Origin: Lingula anatina
Lineage: Eukaryota; Animalia; Brachiopoda
DNA: 64,000 nucleotides
Direction: 5' to 3'
Assembly (NCBI GenBank): GCA_051362555.1
Contig: CM120646.1
Span: 21,018,001 to 21,082,000 of the forward strand
Positions 11,908-25,933 of this stretch are shown in pieces. Under the pieces are notes generated by a model that ran no database searches, was not told where the DNA came from, and saw only the letters and a program-made list of their open reading frames with translations. Numbering within the stretch: position 1 is the first letter of the stretch; each line of letters opens with the position of its first letter. The position numbers were made by a program, and so were the translations under genes.

Positions 11908-13431
11908 AAATTACAAAGTATGCACCATTAAACTGTCGGTCCGGTAACGTGCTTTTTTAATAGGGTATGAGTTAAGGCAATATTTCGAGAACAGAGTGAA
12001 CGCAAAATTCATCGATTATACAGTAGCTGTAAACACGCAGCCACAGGGTTTAGCCAAGGCAGGGTCGACAGATGTACTGGACATCGATTTGCTCTGGAGA
12101 TATTTATCAAATTAAAAGAGACTATATTGAAATGTTCTGTTCTGTATCCAGATATAAAGTATCAGTATTACAAAGGCAGACAGATGGAGCGGGGGGAGAG
12201 GGGGAGATTGGTATTCTGGAACCGCCAGTACATTCAGACCATTTTGAATTTTCCTTTGATCCACTGACCTAGATAGAGCTATCTGGGTCAAAAATCAGTA
12301 AGGGTTAGTTAATGATCTGTATTTTCTGGCAATGATCTATTATTTCAAACCTAAAGAAGGAGTAGTTTGCCAATACGTTGCCGGACGGTGGTATGTTGCC
12401 TTGTGCAACAAAGTATACATGCAAGGGGCAAATTGATTTTCCAGTCAAAACAATCTACCTCTCTGTCTGCATTTAAGTAAAAACTGTGCACTGTTTGCAT
12501 CAGCGTACCAAGACCAAAATTCCCAAGCTTCATTACTTGTAGCAAGCTTGTAAGGAACAGGAAGACCTCCAGGCTGTAATGCATTCAGTTCATTCAGATA
12601 GCATTATTTTATCAACATGCACTTGATACAATCCGCAACTTGATTTACAACATGTTTTTAATTTTTACAAGGTCATCCTGACCCAGTACTTCCCTACAAT
12701 TAATGAGCAACGTACACGATCACTCATATTGAGTTATGAAATATAAAATGACCCGCTGTCAGGGAGAGGGCATGGGTATCCTATACCCTTTTTACTTGCA
12801 TTCAACAAATTCTTTGCTATGACGTTCAAAAACAAGCCGGTATATTCTTAACCTTTGGCTCAGCCATTCTAAAAGCAGAATGTTTTATAGAAAAGTAGTC
12901 TTTGGAAAGGCTTTCCTATCCCCTCCGCTCTATATGAATCCGTCTGTGGCGCTGGAATTAGCTATTGACCTAGTCGATAACAAAGTTAGAATGAGACAAA
13001 ATTCCCCTGACGGGGCCCTTATCACTGCCCTCTGGTTTTCTGTGAAGATTCATAATGAGTAATCAGACTAGCTGACCACAGGCTATTTCGACGGCACTGG
13101 TATGTGAAAGGAACGCCTGGGGCAAAAACAGGTCTTATTAAAGTAATAAATTAAAATCTTAGAGAGCGTTTCAGTTTTTAAAACGTTATTATGCAACTAG
13201 CTAAAAAAACAACTTTACGCTAGAGACACGCGGTTTCTTGTATGTTTCTTTCTCCGGTTGTATGTGACTTTCGAAAATCACTTGTTGTACAGATAAGGTT
13301 ACCTTTATAATAAAAATGAGCGATTTTTGTCAGAGTATATAGGCTATATAATAAGATACACCTCTCCTCCATTTTATATTCGGCTGTGTTTCAGACTCCT
13401 AAACTGTGAGATTGAGCAAACTAATGATTTA

Positions 13432-13686
13432 GACTGGGTTCTCATCCCTAGATCGATCTCTTAGAGACCATTCCCCGACCATATATTACTAACTTTGGAG
13501 CGAACTATCTCCGAAGTGATTCTCGCTTAATTGCAATTAACTTGGGCGGCTTAGATGTCTCTCACGCCTGCTGAGGCTGATAGGGGTAATCCCAGACGTT
13601 TAAGCCGCTTGGGCTGAAAGCAATTTAGCAAGGGATCCCGTGGAGGTGGACCGATCCTGTTAGATCGGTCTAGGGATGGGAACCTA
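13432..13686. mobile_element. MITE of a locally recurrent palindromic family (PIF/Harbinger-like)
   Basis: ggttctcatccctagatcgatct ... agatcggtctagggatgggaacc; interior is very similar to 30790-31046. Confidence 0.7.
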
Positions 13687-14348
13687 ACGTTGTTTTAAAC
13701 CTGGAAAAGTATTATAACGAAAAACAGTTAAGCTTTGTCGAGTCCGAAAAGCACTTGGGTAAATCATCAATGCATTAATGACGCAAACGGAAGTTTTAAA
13801 ATATTGCAAATACTCTCGAACAACCTCTTTGTCACTGACTAACCCAAGACACAATTAATTAAGTCATTAAGAGCACTGGAAAGAGCAAAAGTGTTTTCGA
13901 CAAAAAACATGCTGTTGCCAAAATCAAAGAGGGTGACAATGAGGACACTGGTACATGTTTGTCAATAGTAATATTGGCCCATCTTCCTAAACACTGTCAC
14001 CGAAGCCCTTTTCCCTCACATCTCCCTCCTCCTCCTTCCCGTTATTTGCCATTTATCGCACCACAAAATTTATTTATTAAATCAGTATGGTAATTCGATG
14101 TTTTTCAATCACAGTGACATGTTTCAATTTTTTTTTCTTGGAAATGATCTCGAAATTGCAGTGCATTCTTTATTCATGTCACCATCAATATGTATGGGGT
14201 TGCATGCACTGGACGACAAGAAAATATATATATTCATTAGTTGACGGAGACCTGTTTTGAAGCACTGACCTTGTTTTATATGCATGGCCAGTTGAGTCGA
14301 TAACTGCTCAAGAAAGTACAGAAGCCGAGAGTGAAGAACCGGGAAAAG

Positions 14349-14406
14349 ATGGAGGCCAAAGTTATCCTTAGTTTTGCAGTTTTGTCGGTCTTTGCAACAC
14401 AATATG
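14349..14406 (+). CDS. Ly6/uPAR-like GPI-anchored protein A, exon 1 (signal peptide)
   Basis: aagATGG start; MEAKVILSFAVLSVFATQY+G|gtgagt. The phase-1 donor joins GA of exon 23242 to give ...TQYGSA|RDC; paralogous exons at 28840 and 44319. Confidence 0.85.
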
Positions 14407-14809
14407 GTGAGTAAAAAAATAAATGCTATTCCTTTGACAGCACCCTATTTCTTAGTGCAGGGGCACAAAAATGTTTTTTCAAGTAAAAAAAAAACGAAGT
14501 TGATCAGGATAGCCTCAGATAGGTTGATTGGAATGTTTAACTCGCAGGATCGTGAAGCACGGAGGGAAAGGATAAATAGCATATATTTTTGTCCTGAATT
14601 TCCTGTTTTCCCACCAATACCTTAACAATATACCTTAACAATATACTTGCCCATGTCCGATCTATGAATAACATAGAATAATACGCACGTACATGTAGGC
14701 TACCTGTGCCCAGATCGCTGTTACATCTGCTTATCAGCGGCATGGATTACAACGTGACAGGGAATTAAAAACGAATTAAAAGATAAAAAGAAAAAAAACC
14801 TAAATGATC

Positions 14810-14864
<55 letters not shown>

Positions 14865-17190
14865 CGTGAAATTTTCTTCTGCGTGTTACGCCAAGCAGTT
14901 GGGTCGCTGCTCTCGCATCTCATGACAAACAGCTGTGATATAAATGCCTAGCATTCATTGAATGTTGCTTTGAGAGAAGAAATGTTTATTCTGCAGTGAA
15001 GATACTGGTACTCTTTTTGCTATTGCAGGTATATTCGTAATGTACCTACAAAATTTGTGATTTGTATGTATAGACATCGGTTGAGTACTAACAGAACTGA
15101 GAAGTATTTATAAAATATAGGCCGAGATTGAAAATCGGCTAGATCGGACTTTTTCCAAAAGCTATATGCAATTTTTTCGCCATTTTCAGCATATATCCAG
15201 TTCAGATAGCACATTAAGTGGAAAACCAATTAACTTATGGTCTTCAAATTACAGGAGTGATCAATATTACTAAATAAAGTAGAGGTAGAGTTCGAAAACC
15301 AGCCTGTTGATATTCCAGAGCTACTACGATTTTCGTTGTCGTAATATCGCTCTTTCTCCACGAACGATGATAAAACCTGCAAGTAACAAACTTACAATTC
15401 TTTTAAATATAACTATAGGACTAATGCGCAAGCCACACTTTAGACTCTTCTTGAAACTTGAAAATACACTGTATTTAACCTTTCGACGTTTTATAACTTC
15501 TTTCACAACTTTTACCGGTCCCAGGCTTCTCACTTAGAGTTAAGAGAACGCAAGGCGAATCTATTGTTTTGATGTTCCAGCAGCTACCAAAACTTGGCAA
15601 AAGACGAAAAATATCGAAATTATTAATCGATAAACAGACATGTAGCAAGGAGAAGGTCCGCTTTCTCAGTGGTGTTCTTGTAATAGTTAACTGAGGAAGT
15701 CTACTTGTAAAAGCAATTATTACTGTATGAAATTTTAATAAGCCAAACTGAGTATGCGGCCTCTGTGTCAGGGAGAGGAAATCGAGATGCCGGAATGAAA
15801 TCTGACGCTCGCTAAATACTCACGAAGAACCTAGGACCCAAAATATATTTATTATTGATACAAAATACATTTATTATAGATGCAAAATACATTTCCTATA
15901 GATACGCACTGATATGACAGATATGCGGACAGACTGATGGATGTATTTATAATAAACAATCAAGTTCACTCTCTTGGGCTGCGGAAGCGAGACAGTTGCC
16001 CTTTTGCCAGAGACAGTTGCCAGAAAGTTTCATAAAATAATTTGGGGAGAATCTTAATTATGTGGTAGTCTTTTCCGTTTTCTCAGTCCTTCAGAAGACT
16101 TACTTTTCCCTCCATCTCTATGATACCACAGGCGGTACAACTCCAACAAACCAATTTTGCCTACGGGTCTCTCAGTACAGTCATCTTACACAACGCAGTC
16201 CTGTGATACATAATGCGTATAATTCTAAGCTCACTAATTTAAAGGTGCACAGGGTTGACTACAGAGAGAGTGAATACCTTTAGCTAAGATCACAGGAGAG
16301 GGCGAGTGCATACCTGTAGCTAAGATCACTGGGTAAAGGGGCAAAGTGGAATCAACAGTCTGCATACATGTACCACCGGTGTAAAATATGGAGGAGTTGG
16401 CAAAGATGTAGGCCTACCATTTTTTTTAAACTGACGAGAAAGAGGTTGAAAGTAATGGGGTTGTGATGATATGACGCCGAACCATCGGGGCTATATAATG
16501 TCCGCTGTGTCTTACTGTGAAATGACGTTTTCTAGATGACCGATGAGTTCAGACCAAGGGGGCTGAAGGGGCGGGGGGGGGGGGGGGGGGGTCACATGCC
16601 ACATCTGAGATAAATCTAGCGTCGTGTCGCGGGATTTGATGGAGTGTGGTCGGCAATAATAACAGATTAGCGACTTTTGTTTCTCCTACGTTCTGTAAAA
16701 TTTCAGCCTACATTGGACAACAGTAAAAATTCACCATGCTGAGAGCGTCATTTTTGTGCTGTTTTCAAAGACGTGGCATTTTTTATGACAAACTATTGGC
16801 GTCACCCTCAATCGCAAAGGGTGATATCCATTAGTTGTTATTCATGGACATCATGCCTGAAAATAAGCGACCCCTGCTTGAATTTTCTGTCCGTCTCATT
16901 GTCTCCTCTACCATTCTCTGGTCACAGTGTTCACAGTCAGGCGCCGGACATTATGCTCCTGAATAATGAACTGCTATCTTCAAGTAGGTTAAGTCGATGG
17001 TACTGAAAGAGAGAGAGACAGAGGCCTCTTAAAGTCTCATAGCCAGATAAGAGAGAGTGGTTTCTTTCTAAGTGTCATCGTTTTATGATACCTTATCCAT
17101 GTAACAGAGCTTGGTTTAGGAATGAAGTCAATTTCCTTACATAAATTCTCTCTGGACAGTAGAGAAAAGGGTACAGAAAATTTGCCCGAG

Positions 17191-17360
17191 CAGGCCCGTA
17201 GCCAGCAATTTCAAAAGGGGGGGTGTCTTTTTTCTGAAAAAGGGGTCCTTTTACCATGCAACCTTCGTGTACCTAGATAAAATTTTACCCAGAGGTGACC
17301 TTTTCCCAGCAAAAAGGAGGGGGGGGGGGGGTCTTTTGAACTCCCCTGGCTGCGGGCCTG
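17191..17360. mobile_element. short MITE with CAGG..CCTG TIRs (hAT-like)
   Basis: caggcccgtagccag / ctggctgcgggcctg; G-run interior; a decayed relative lies at ~28087-28266; TSD not evident. Confidence 0.65.
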
Positions 17361-17441
17361 CAGCGAGACTGTCTTTGAATATCTATTGAAAATCGATCTG
17401 TGGTCCTGATACGTAACATGAACATGTGGGTTTAAGACACG

Positions 17442-17536
17442 AAGTTGTTTTCGCTGGTTGAGGGTTGTAGTCTGTTCAGTGTTACTCTTGAAGTATCACT
17501 GAACAGACTACAACCCTCAACCAGCGAAAACAACTT
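17442..17536. repeat. perfect 40-bp inverted repeat with 15-nt loop
   Basis: aagttgttttcgctggttgagggttgtagtctgttcagtg (17442-17481) is the exact reverse complement of 17497-17536. Confidence 0.95.
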
Positions 17537-18335
17537 AGAGTACCTTTTTCTTAGTATTATTGGTCTGTTTTTAGGTAAGACGCTTCTAACTACCAAGCGA
17601 ATGAACATTTTGCTCAGGACGTTAACGCTTTAAAATTAGGTTTTTAAATATTGAATAGTCAGAGAGTTGGAAAAAAAAACAATTGAAACCAAATAAACAA
17701 TCATTCAGATGTTGCCAATTGAAGTTGTGTGACTTCTTTCGTTTTCTGAAGTCACGAGCAGAAAAATCCGGTTCAATATTATATATAATCATTTATTTAT
17801 TTATAGTTTCGTGCTCGTGACAAGCTTCGTTGTACATTGAACCCATTGTACTACTTATTAATTTTTTTTGCTCAAGTAGCCATAATATGTGCATAATTTT
17901 ACACGTTATCAAAGAACAGGGTTACAATGCAGTGAGTCATGATAGATATCAGGGAATGATTTTATGGGTCCTTTGCAAATGCGTTTATATTTTAGTATGT
18001 ATTAAATAACACAAAGAATGCGTAAATATTGCTCCGCGTCGTGGCTCCAGCTGCTCACAGTGAAAGAATTCTTTGTGCATTAATATGTTTAAAAACAATG
18101 CCTAGCTGTAAAATGCCCAGCAGATTGAATGTAACCCACTGACCTCGTGCCGGCCGAAATGTAGCCCGCATAAGAAATGACCTGCCTGCAGTTACGTGAT
18201 GGACCATGTTCCAGCTGAAAAATTTATGTGATGAAATTTAAGGCAGTTCTATATATCCACCTACTGTTCAGATGTCAATGAAATCTTACTGTCGTGCAGA
18301 TATTAATTTTCTCAGTCATTCAATGCCGTAATGCG

Positions 18336-18338
<3 letters not shown>

Positions 18339-18378
<40 letters not shown>
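18339..18378. repeat. (CT)n microsatellite
   Basis: ~20 CT units. Confidence 0.9.
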
Positions 18379-18382
<4 letters not shown>

Positions 18383-21300
18383 ATCATATTCAACCAAGGT
18401 CAGGAGTTGAGATTAAAAAAAAAGGGGCGGTGATGGATTCTTTGTGCCTGCGATTGTTTAACATAACATTTTACGTCCCAAGTCATGCATTAAAAATTTC
18501 ATCTGGGTCATTGCTGCCATTATTCTCCCTCATTAAACCTTCTTCATTCACAGTAAACTTTTAAATTATGATTCTCCACAACGGCGGAATAATAATGAAA
18601 TTATAAGCAATTCATGCGAACATTGATTAAACTAACACAGAAAAAGATGCCCGGATTCACCATTGGTAAAATGTACTGGGGAGTGTTTACAAACTTTGAA
18701 AAATAAGATAAAATATAAGATAAGATTAATAGAATCCCGCGTTCGCAAGGACAGTTGGAACAAAAAGACTGTATCTGTAACAATTCATCTTTGAAAATGC
18801 CCGTTCCTGTATCTAAGGCATGCATTATTAAAAGCCTGCGATGACTTTTTTCCACGTGCAATGAAATGAATGTGGCAAGTTGCTTGCATACCAGGGCTCT
18901 GATTCACTCATTTTATATTCAATTTAAAAAAAAAATGTGGGCTTTCCGCCGACCTTCAAGAAATTGGTTGCCTGTCCTGTTTCCATCAGTCATAGTTTCG
19001 GACTTCATTCCTGGTTAACTCTACCCAATGGGATATTCAGACGATCCGTACTTGCTTGGGTAAAAAATTAATCTTCCAAAATGACCGAAATTCAATTTGA
19101 ATTTAGAAACAGACAACATTAGTACCGCACGAAAAACATTTTGTATTCTAACACAAGGGCTTCAAACCCCTTGTCTCAATTTGTTTTCCAAAGCCTAAGT
19201 CAAAAAGTCACAAGCACATGCTGTGATAACGATGCAAATTGTATGGTCTGAGAGTTCACAATCCCCTCGTGACTTCTCTTCACGAGGAAGGGCGCCGGTG
19301 AATACAGATTATTATGATGAAGTTAGGGGCGGATACAGAGTTATTTTCTGACTGCCTTCCAAATGATATATTTGTTGATCCATCCTCCATTTGTGACCGT
19401 CTTCCGGTAGAAAAAATTAGATGCCCATCAATGTTAAATTGAAATTTTTTGACCGTCTTTCAGAAGACCAGAATTACTGAATACAGTTGGCACATCTTAA
19501 TTACCTGACATAACTGATGTTTAACACACTCTGCTGCAACGCAATCCTTCTTTATTTCGGAAGTTACAAAGTTTGTGATAGTTTGAAATAAATTTGGAAG
19601 TAAGGTCCGTGCTATAGATTCTGATTATTTATTAATCCAAAATTACCGCAGTAACTTATAGCGGAAGTTACAATGTAACATTAACCACATATGACAATTA
19701 TCAGGGAGGAGTACACTTAACTTCACAGAGTTGGGAAAGAACGCTGCGATTTTGAAGTGGCGGTTAAACAGCCTTGGCATGAAATCGTCTCTCGTGCGCA
19801 CGCTTTCCGCTAAAAATAGGCATCGTGTTTTGCTATATATTCATAAAGTTTGGAAATTGTAACATTAAACGCATATAAAAATTATCAGGGAAGAGTAAAC
19901 TTTCTGAGAGAATCGAAACGGGTCAAAGCATCTGTGATTACACGCTCAGATGATAAGATTTAATTACACCTTGTTGTTTTATGAAAAGCAGTGTGCAGTC
20001 GCCACCCCACTGACAAATATAAAGGGTGTCTGGCGAGGAACGCATTCCCGTTGTCTGCTCGAAATCGCATAGGGTGCGTTACAATAATTTTGTGACAGAC
20101 TACTCAGCGCACTCGGTGATAGAGAGTATCACAGTATTGGGGCCCGGGTTTGTACCTATCCTAAAATTTTTACTTTCACTCAAGATTAATCCGTAATCGA
20201 ATTATCAGATGCCAGGCTTGGCCCAAGCGTTTTGGTGACGATGGAACGCCAAGCCCTTCGGTCACATGATGTTTCTGCAGAGTTGTCGGCCATTGCTTCT
20301 GGCCACTCTTATGTTATCATGATTAAAATAACATAACTACATGTATTGTTAAAAATCATTAGTTCTTTTCTTTCTCTTTATAAAACCGGTATGATTTTTC
20401 ACATAGACGCACGGAATTATCTCGGAACAAAATTTTAACTAAAAAGCCAACGTGGCACGTTATGTGGTGAAACCATCCTAAAAACTCGCGCTCCGGTCAT
20501 CTGAATAGCACCTGCGGAGTCGACGCACAACTTTGGACAGTGATGAATGATGTCACGAAAGAAACGCTTGGACATTATTAGTATAAAAAAACACTTGGAC
20601 CCAACCTAAATTCCTTTCGTGTAGGCTTGTAATGATTTATTTGATTATAAACGCCCTGTGGTAAACGGGTACGTCATAGTACGCTTATCATTCCACGAAG
20701 ATAGCTGTTAATCCGTCAGTAGAGAATTCGAAAGAACGGGCTTGGCCTGGCATTTTTGCTATTTGAATACTAGAGTACACGGCAAATAAAAAGAGACGTT
20801 TAAAACGCTATCGTTATCTTTGTCAGATAGTTCAAATTGCATTGATAGCACGATTTCTATGTACAGACACAGTCTTTTTAATCGCCATTACCTGCCAGGG
20901 TTCGGCATACCAAATGGCGTAACTTACCCTGCCGAAGTGACTTCTGTTGTCGGGGAACTAGGATTTTAGTCTTACTCGCCCGAAAACGCAAGTGACTTGC
21001 TAATAAATTGATCACATGCGTAGCGCCAGAAATCTGATTCAAAACTCACGGATGTTTTCTTGCGGATTATATGTCTATTGATATTATATATTTTAGTGCT
21101 CTCGATTCACGGCGTACGCTGTCTCTCCACGCTCTGTATTCCGTCGTTTCGCTGTATTATATGTACAACCTTCTACGCTATAATTTCATTGTACTGATAC
21201 AAATGTTGTTCCCAAGAAAGCCAGGGAACAGTTTGTCGACTGGACGGCTTTCTTTTTCACATCCTGTTTTAATTTGTCTAAGAAACAAACAAAAATATTT

Positions 21301-23241
21301 TTCTTTTGATTTTTAAAAGCATTCTTCACGCCGAACGCAGTGACAGGCCTGACCTACTTCCGGTACGAAACGCCTGTATATGTCGATGTCAGAGCCAAAC
21401 TTACTGCTGCGGACACCTTCAAACGGCACAGGAGCAAAATTAATTCACATAACAGGCAGTTACACCATATGATCTAAAAAATGCACAGGCAATCCATCAT
21501 TTGCAATCATGGGGAAATTAAATCGGCAGTAAAATCGACTTCATGTGCGATGTGATAAATATACGCCTTATGGACTCGTTGTTTGCATTCGGCAATTTGA
21601 ACAGGTTTGGCATATCGCTGTCATATACATAGTCCATAAGGTCTGGCCGGAAAATTCGCCTTGAAATGAACATGCTGTTCCATGTAAAATAATTGGAGTG
21701 TTATTAATTTCAAATATACGGTACCAAAGTAATTACTTTTGGGTCCTCTAAATTCACACTCCTTGCCAATATGCCATGATTTATACATTTAGACTGGAAC
21801 TTTTTTTTCTTATTAATGTGGTGAGTTGGTCAGACACTAGGAGCAGCCAAATTGACACCTACTCTCTTGTGACCATGCGTTAGTATCATAGGAATGGTAG
21901 AAGAGCGCGATTGAGTACTGGTAAACAACCAAGTCAGTTCCTACAAAAATGGCATGGTCAAATTAGCCGTATTCCCGTCAATATAGGACTTCTTTTTTGG
22001 TTAGATGCATTAAGCTAACACAGTGCAGCAGCAGCAAATATTTTCCTCATCAAGGCTACGTTGCGTGCTGCCGCCTGTTACCGTTTAAAAACAGACTTCA
22101 CTCATCGCTTGATCAGGAATATCTGACCCAATCAACGAAAATAAGAGCTTCGCTATCGCCCTGACATCTGGATGAAAAAATAAACACTACGATTATAGGT
22201 CTGAAGGTCAATCACCTTTGCACCGACAGTCACCATGACGAGTCTTGGCGGAATAAGATTTCCATTGTATATCATAATTTGCATATGCAGACAGTGTCTG
22301 TGTCTATATTTATAATGATCACGCTGTCTATGCCGTCGCTGTCCGAAATATTGCTTAAACCTTTCTTATTTGTTTTCTATTAAGACAGTTTCTCTTTGGA
22401 AATGAGCATGAACGAATTATTTTTACGATAGTTCTGGAAATTTTTGCATGTAATTTGGCGACGGTCAAAAATGCCTAACTGTAATTATTTCAATTTTAAA
22501 TTTGATTTTTTTAGGAAAAAAGCGGGACTCTTTCTTAGTTTGATAGTGGATACGATTGGATTATTTTTGCATTTTTTGTTATGAACAAATTGTTTTGTAC
22601 ACCGATTTTGAAACCATCCCTTTCATTGAGAACTTTTTATATCAAGTTCAAGCTGTAAATAGCGGAGTGGTGTAAAAATTATATGAAGCATTTTCCACCA
22701 AGACCAGAAAATCATGTTCAGATTGCCCCAGTCACTCACGGGTAGGTCTCACAAAATAGAATAACCCGTATGGTGGTCTAAAATTTCAGGCCAAACATAC
22801 GGACCATGTTAGTTTTGAGTAAATTCATAGTTGCACTCAATGATAAAGTTACTATAGTGCATTTATAGGTGAAACAAATTGTAACCATTTATCAATATTA
22901 ATAAGGAGATTGCAGCCGACACTTCGTCATACTTGTATGCCTATCAAATTGCGTTAACTTTCGTCGCCGCACTTTCACCCAATCGACTGAAATTGAACTA
23001 GAGCCCTGAAAGTAGTCCCGTTGTGACTGCTGTGACGAAACAGAGACATCAGGTAACAAAGATTCGCACAGGTTCGGGTTAGCATGACGTAAGTGGGTCG
23101 GAATCTAGGAAAGGTCTAGCCCGTATTTCAGCCGATGCATTACACCGTGCTTAAAGCGCTCATATCATGAAAAATGATCAGGGATTTTTGTCTCTATCAC
23201 GTCACGTCACGTGTAGTTCAAATCTATCCCTCTCTTTCCAG

Positions 23242-23471
23242 GAAGCGCCAGAGACTGCCGATTTTGCATGTTCCTCCACATGCGGTACAGCGGTATGCCT
23301 CAAATTGAGGGCATGAACTGGGACAGCATCCTTCCTTCATCTGTGCCAGGTATGAACGATACTGCTTGCTATGATGGCACCAGTACTGAAACGATGCCTT
23401 GCGGGGATAACCCTTGCACACTGACAGACATGCAAGTGGATATTTCTGCGTCCATGCCGATTAGCCAGGAT
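23242..23471 (+). CDS. Ly6/uPAR-like GPI-anchored protein A, exon 2
   Basis: tctttccag|GA AGC GCC AGA GAC TGC CGA TTT TGC... GAT|gtaagt; 230 nt, encodes Cys1-5; same length and phases in all three paralogs. Confidence 0.92.
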
Positions 23472-24084
23472 GTAAGTATAGGGCCTATTTGTTGTGCCTT
23501 GTTTAATTATTCCTGTCATAAATTTATTTGTTTTTCTGGTTAATACTTTATTTGAAGACTGCTTTGTGAGAATCAACTCGTTAATGACAGAGAAAGGGAG
23601 GGAGATAGAGAGAGGGTGAGGGGTGGAAAGACAGAGGATGGAGCGAGGGGAGGAGGGATATTTGTGGTCACCTTCACGTCTAGACGTTCTGTAAGCTTTA
23701 TTGGCTGTAACATTTTCGACCGTGGCTGTCACAGTACTTGATGAGTTTGATTTAGTTTAGACATGTTCTTGCACTTGGCAATGTAAGCTTAGTTTCAAAT
23801 TATTGGTTGAATAAATTTCTATGTCCAATATCCAAATACATAATGTGAAATTTGAATGACGTCTATAGTTTACGGATCATGAACACATATACATATAAAT
23901 GTTCAGTACCACTCACATCCTCATTGCCATATCCACATGCTTTTCCGACGATGTTCTGGTACAATGGCATGGGTATACCCCTGCCATTCATATATAATAT
24001 CTACAAAATACTAAATGCAAATAGGCCTACACACCCTATTCACATTAGTTTTCAATTTGTCTACTTTCCCTTCGACCTTTTCAG

Positions 24085-24477
24085 CAAACAATCAGTTATT
24101 CGATGACCATGACAATGGTGATGCGCATGTGCGGACAGGCTGGAAGTACAGGGTGCACCCCTATCACCATGGACACCCCAGTTGGACCGCCTCAGCCACC
24201 AAACAACGAACGGCAGACGCTCAGAGAGCAGATATCCCAGCTGGTGCAAAATGCGAACATGTCCATCACCCCCACGATCTCGGGACAGCAATGCGCTTGC
24301 GCTAGCGGTGACAGTTGCAATTCGGCAGCATCCGCTATGTCTCTGGTCGCCGCTGCTTCCACCAGCGCAGCACCAGAGCCCACCAAGGACGGACCTAGTA
24401 ATGACGGACAAGTCCTTCACTTCAGCGCCATCTACAGTTTCTTTTGCATCGCCATCTTTGCTGTTCTTTTAAATTAA
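24085..24477 (+). CDS. Ly6/uPAR-like GPI-anchored protein A, exon 3 (Cys6-10, stalk, hydrophobic tail); full protein 226 aa
   Basis: ttttcag|CAA ACA ATC AGT..., in frame with ORF 24103..24477; QQCACASGDSCN motif, S/T/A-rich stalk, ends AIYSFFCIAIFAVLLN*. Confidence 0.92.
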   Translation, partial: QTISYSMTMTMVMRMCGQAGSTGCTPITMDTPVGPPQPPNNERQTLREQISQLVQNANMSITPTISGQQCACASGDSCNSAASAMSLVAAASTSAAPEPTKDGPSNDGQVLHFSAIYSFFCIAIFAVLLN

Positions 24478-25933
24478 AGACAAGTTAGCCGTAGGCCTAT
24501 TGATAAATTCGTAGGGATACATGTTGCTATCTTTTTATTTAACCCCCCCCCAACAGTAACAAACATTTCAATGTGAATGTTAACGTAAGTAGATTAATAC
24601 ATTTGTTAAGTGAGAAATTCAACTATACATAATTTAGAGTAATTTCATATTGCGTTACCCGCTTTTCAGAGATCTAATCCATATAGATTCACACTGACAG
24701 GTTCACTGATCTTCATTTTTAACAACCATTATTAGTGATCATGCTTTGTAATCGGAGTTTAATTACAGCTGTGAACATAAATTGGATTTATCAGTAGGGG
24801 CTTACATAGTGCAGGTACATGATTAGTTGCTTACATTAGGCCTACATACCAGTGTGTAGGCCTTACTACATGAAGTACCTTTGTAACAAATAATTGAAAG
24901 AAACGTTCTGATTTTTTTGGTTGGGTGAGATTTCATTAAATAGGAAGCTTCTTCCTCTCTTTCGAGTCCTTCCAATTAATGGAATTATTAATGGTGATTT
25001 TACCTCGGTCGATCCTTAGCGTTCCCTTTACACCTGTATTCTTGGAGTTTGATTTTGCATCTTTAGTAGTGCTGATCTCTTTGCAATTAAAAATATTTGA
25101 TGGAATGTAGTCTTAGACGAAGCTATTATTTTAGTGATAAGTGATACGCAGTCATTTTGGACTGAATCTTCATGTACGTGCATTTTTGTCCTATTAGTTA
25201 GAGCAGTATTCAGATGAAAAGGTTCTTTGCAGTTTATATAAAAGTTACAAGCAGGGAGTTTGCTCATTACAAACCTTGAATATCGTACGCGTAGAAAGAA
25301 AACCCGTGGCCATGAAGTTCGATAGCCTTTCAGAGATTGAGATAGTCGAGGCTGATAGCCAGGGTTTTAAACTGGTCAACCCTGTATTGTTATACTTTTA
25401 AGCAAAATTATTTTTTACACTGAGATCTTCCAACGAAGTGGTTTGTCGAAAAGTCCTTATTAGTTGTCAAGAAGTGCTGACCGATGGGTTGTTATGGTAA
25501 CTGTTTTTATGGTTACTCGCTTGCCGCTTTACGGCATTCAATCCTATGATCGTCAGCCATATTGAAAGAAGGAATCCTTATAAGATTTTGTTGTAAACAA
25601 AACTTAAAACAAGATTTTGTTGTAAACAAAACTTAAAACATTGAAAATATCGCGTACAAAGTATGGGGCACTGTTTCGGTTGTTTGTAACTGTATTTTGG
25701 GCATGACCCCGAACTCTAACATAGCAAAATGTGTGGAATTGCAAATGATGGAATGTAACAGATGTGTTGCCGTTGACGTGCCGGCGATGGTTGGGCTTAT
25801 GATCAGGTATTGTCTTTACTGAGAGGCTCTCGTTATACAGGCATGTTCTTCATCGGCGGCACACCGATGATTTTGCACACCAATCGCAATCAAAGGCCAA
25901 TTGCTAAAACGATATGGGTCAAACTTGAAACTA

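Noticed and set aside
16131-16283. Possible extra exon of gene A (GGTTPTNQFCLRV...)
   Set aside because: Exon 1 joins exon 23242 in frame to complete the signal peptide exactly as in B and C; this stretch has no counterpart in the paralogs.
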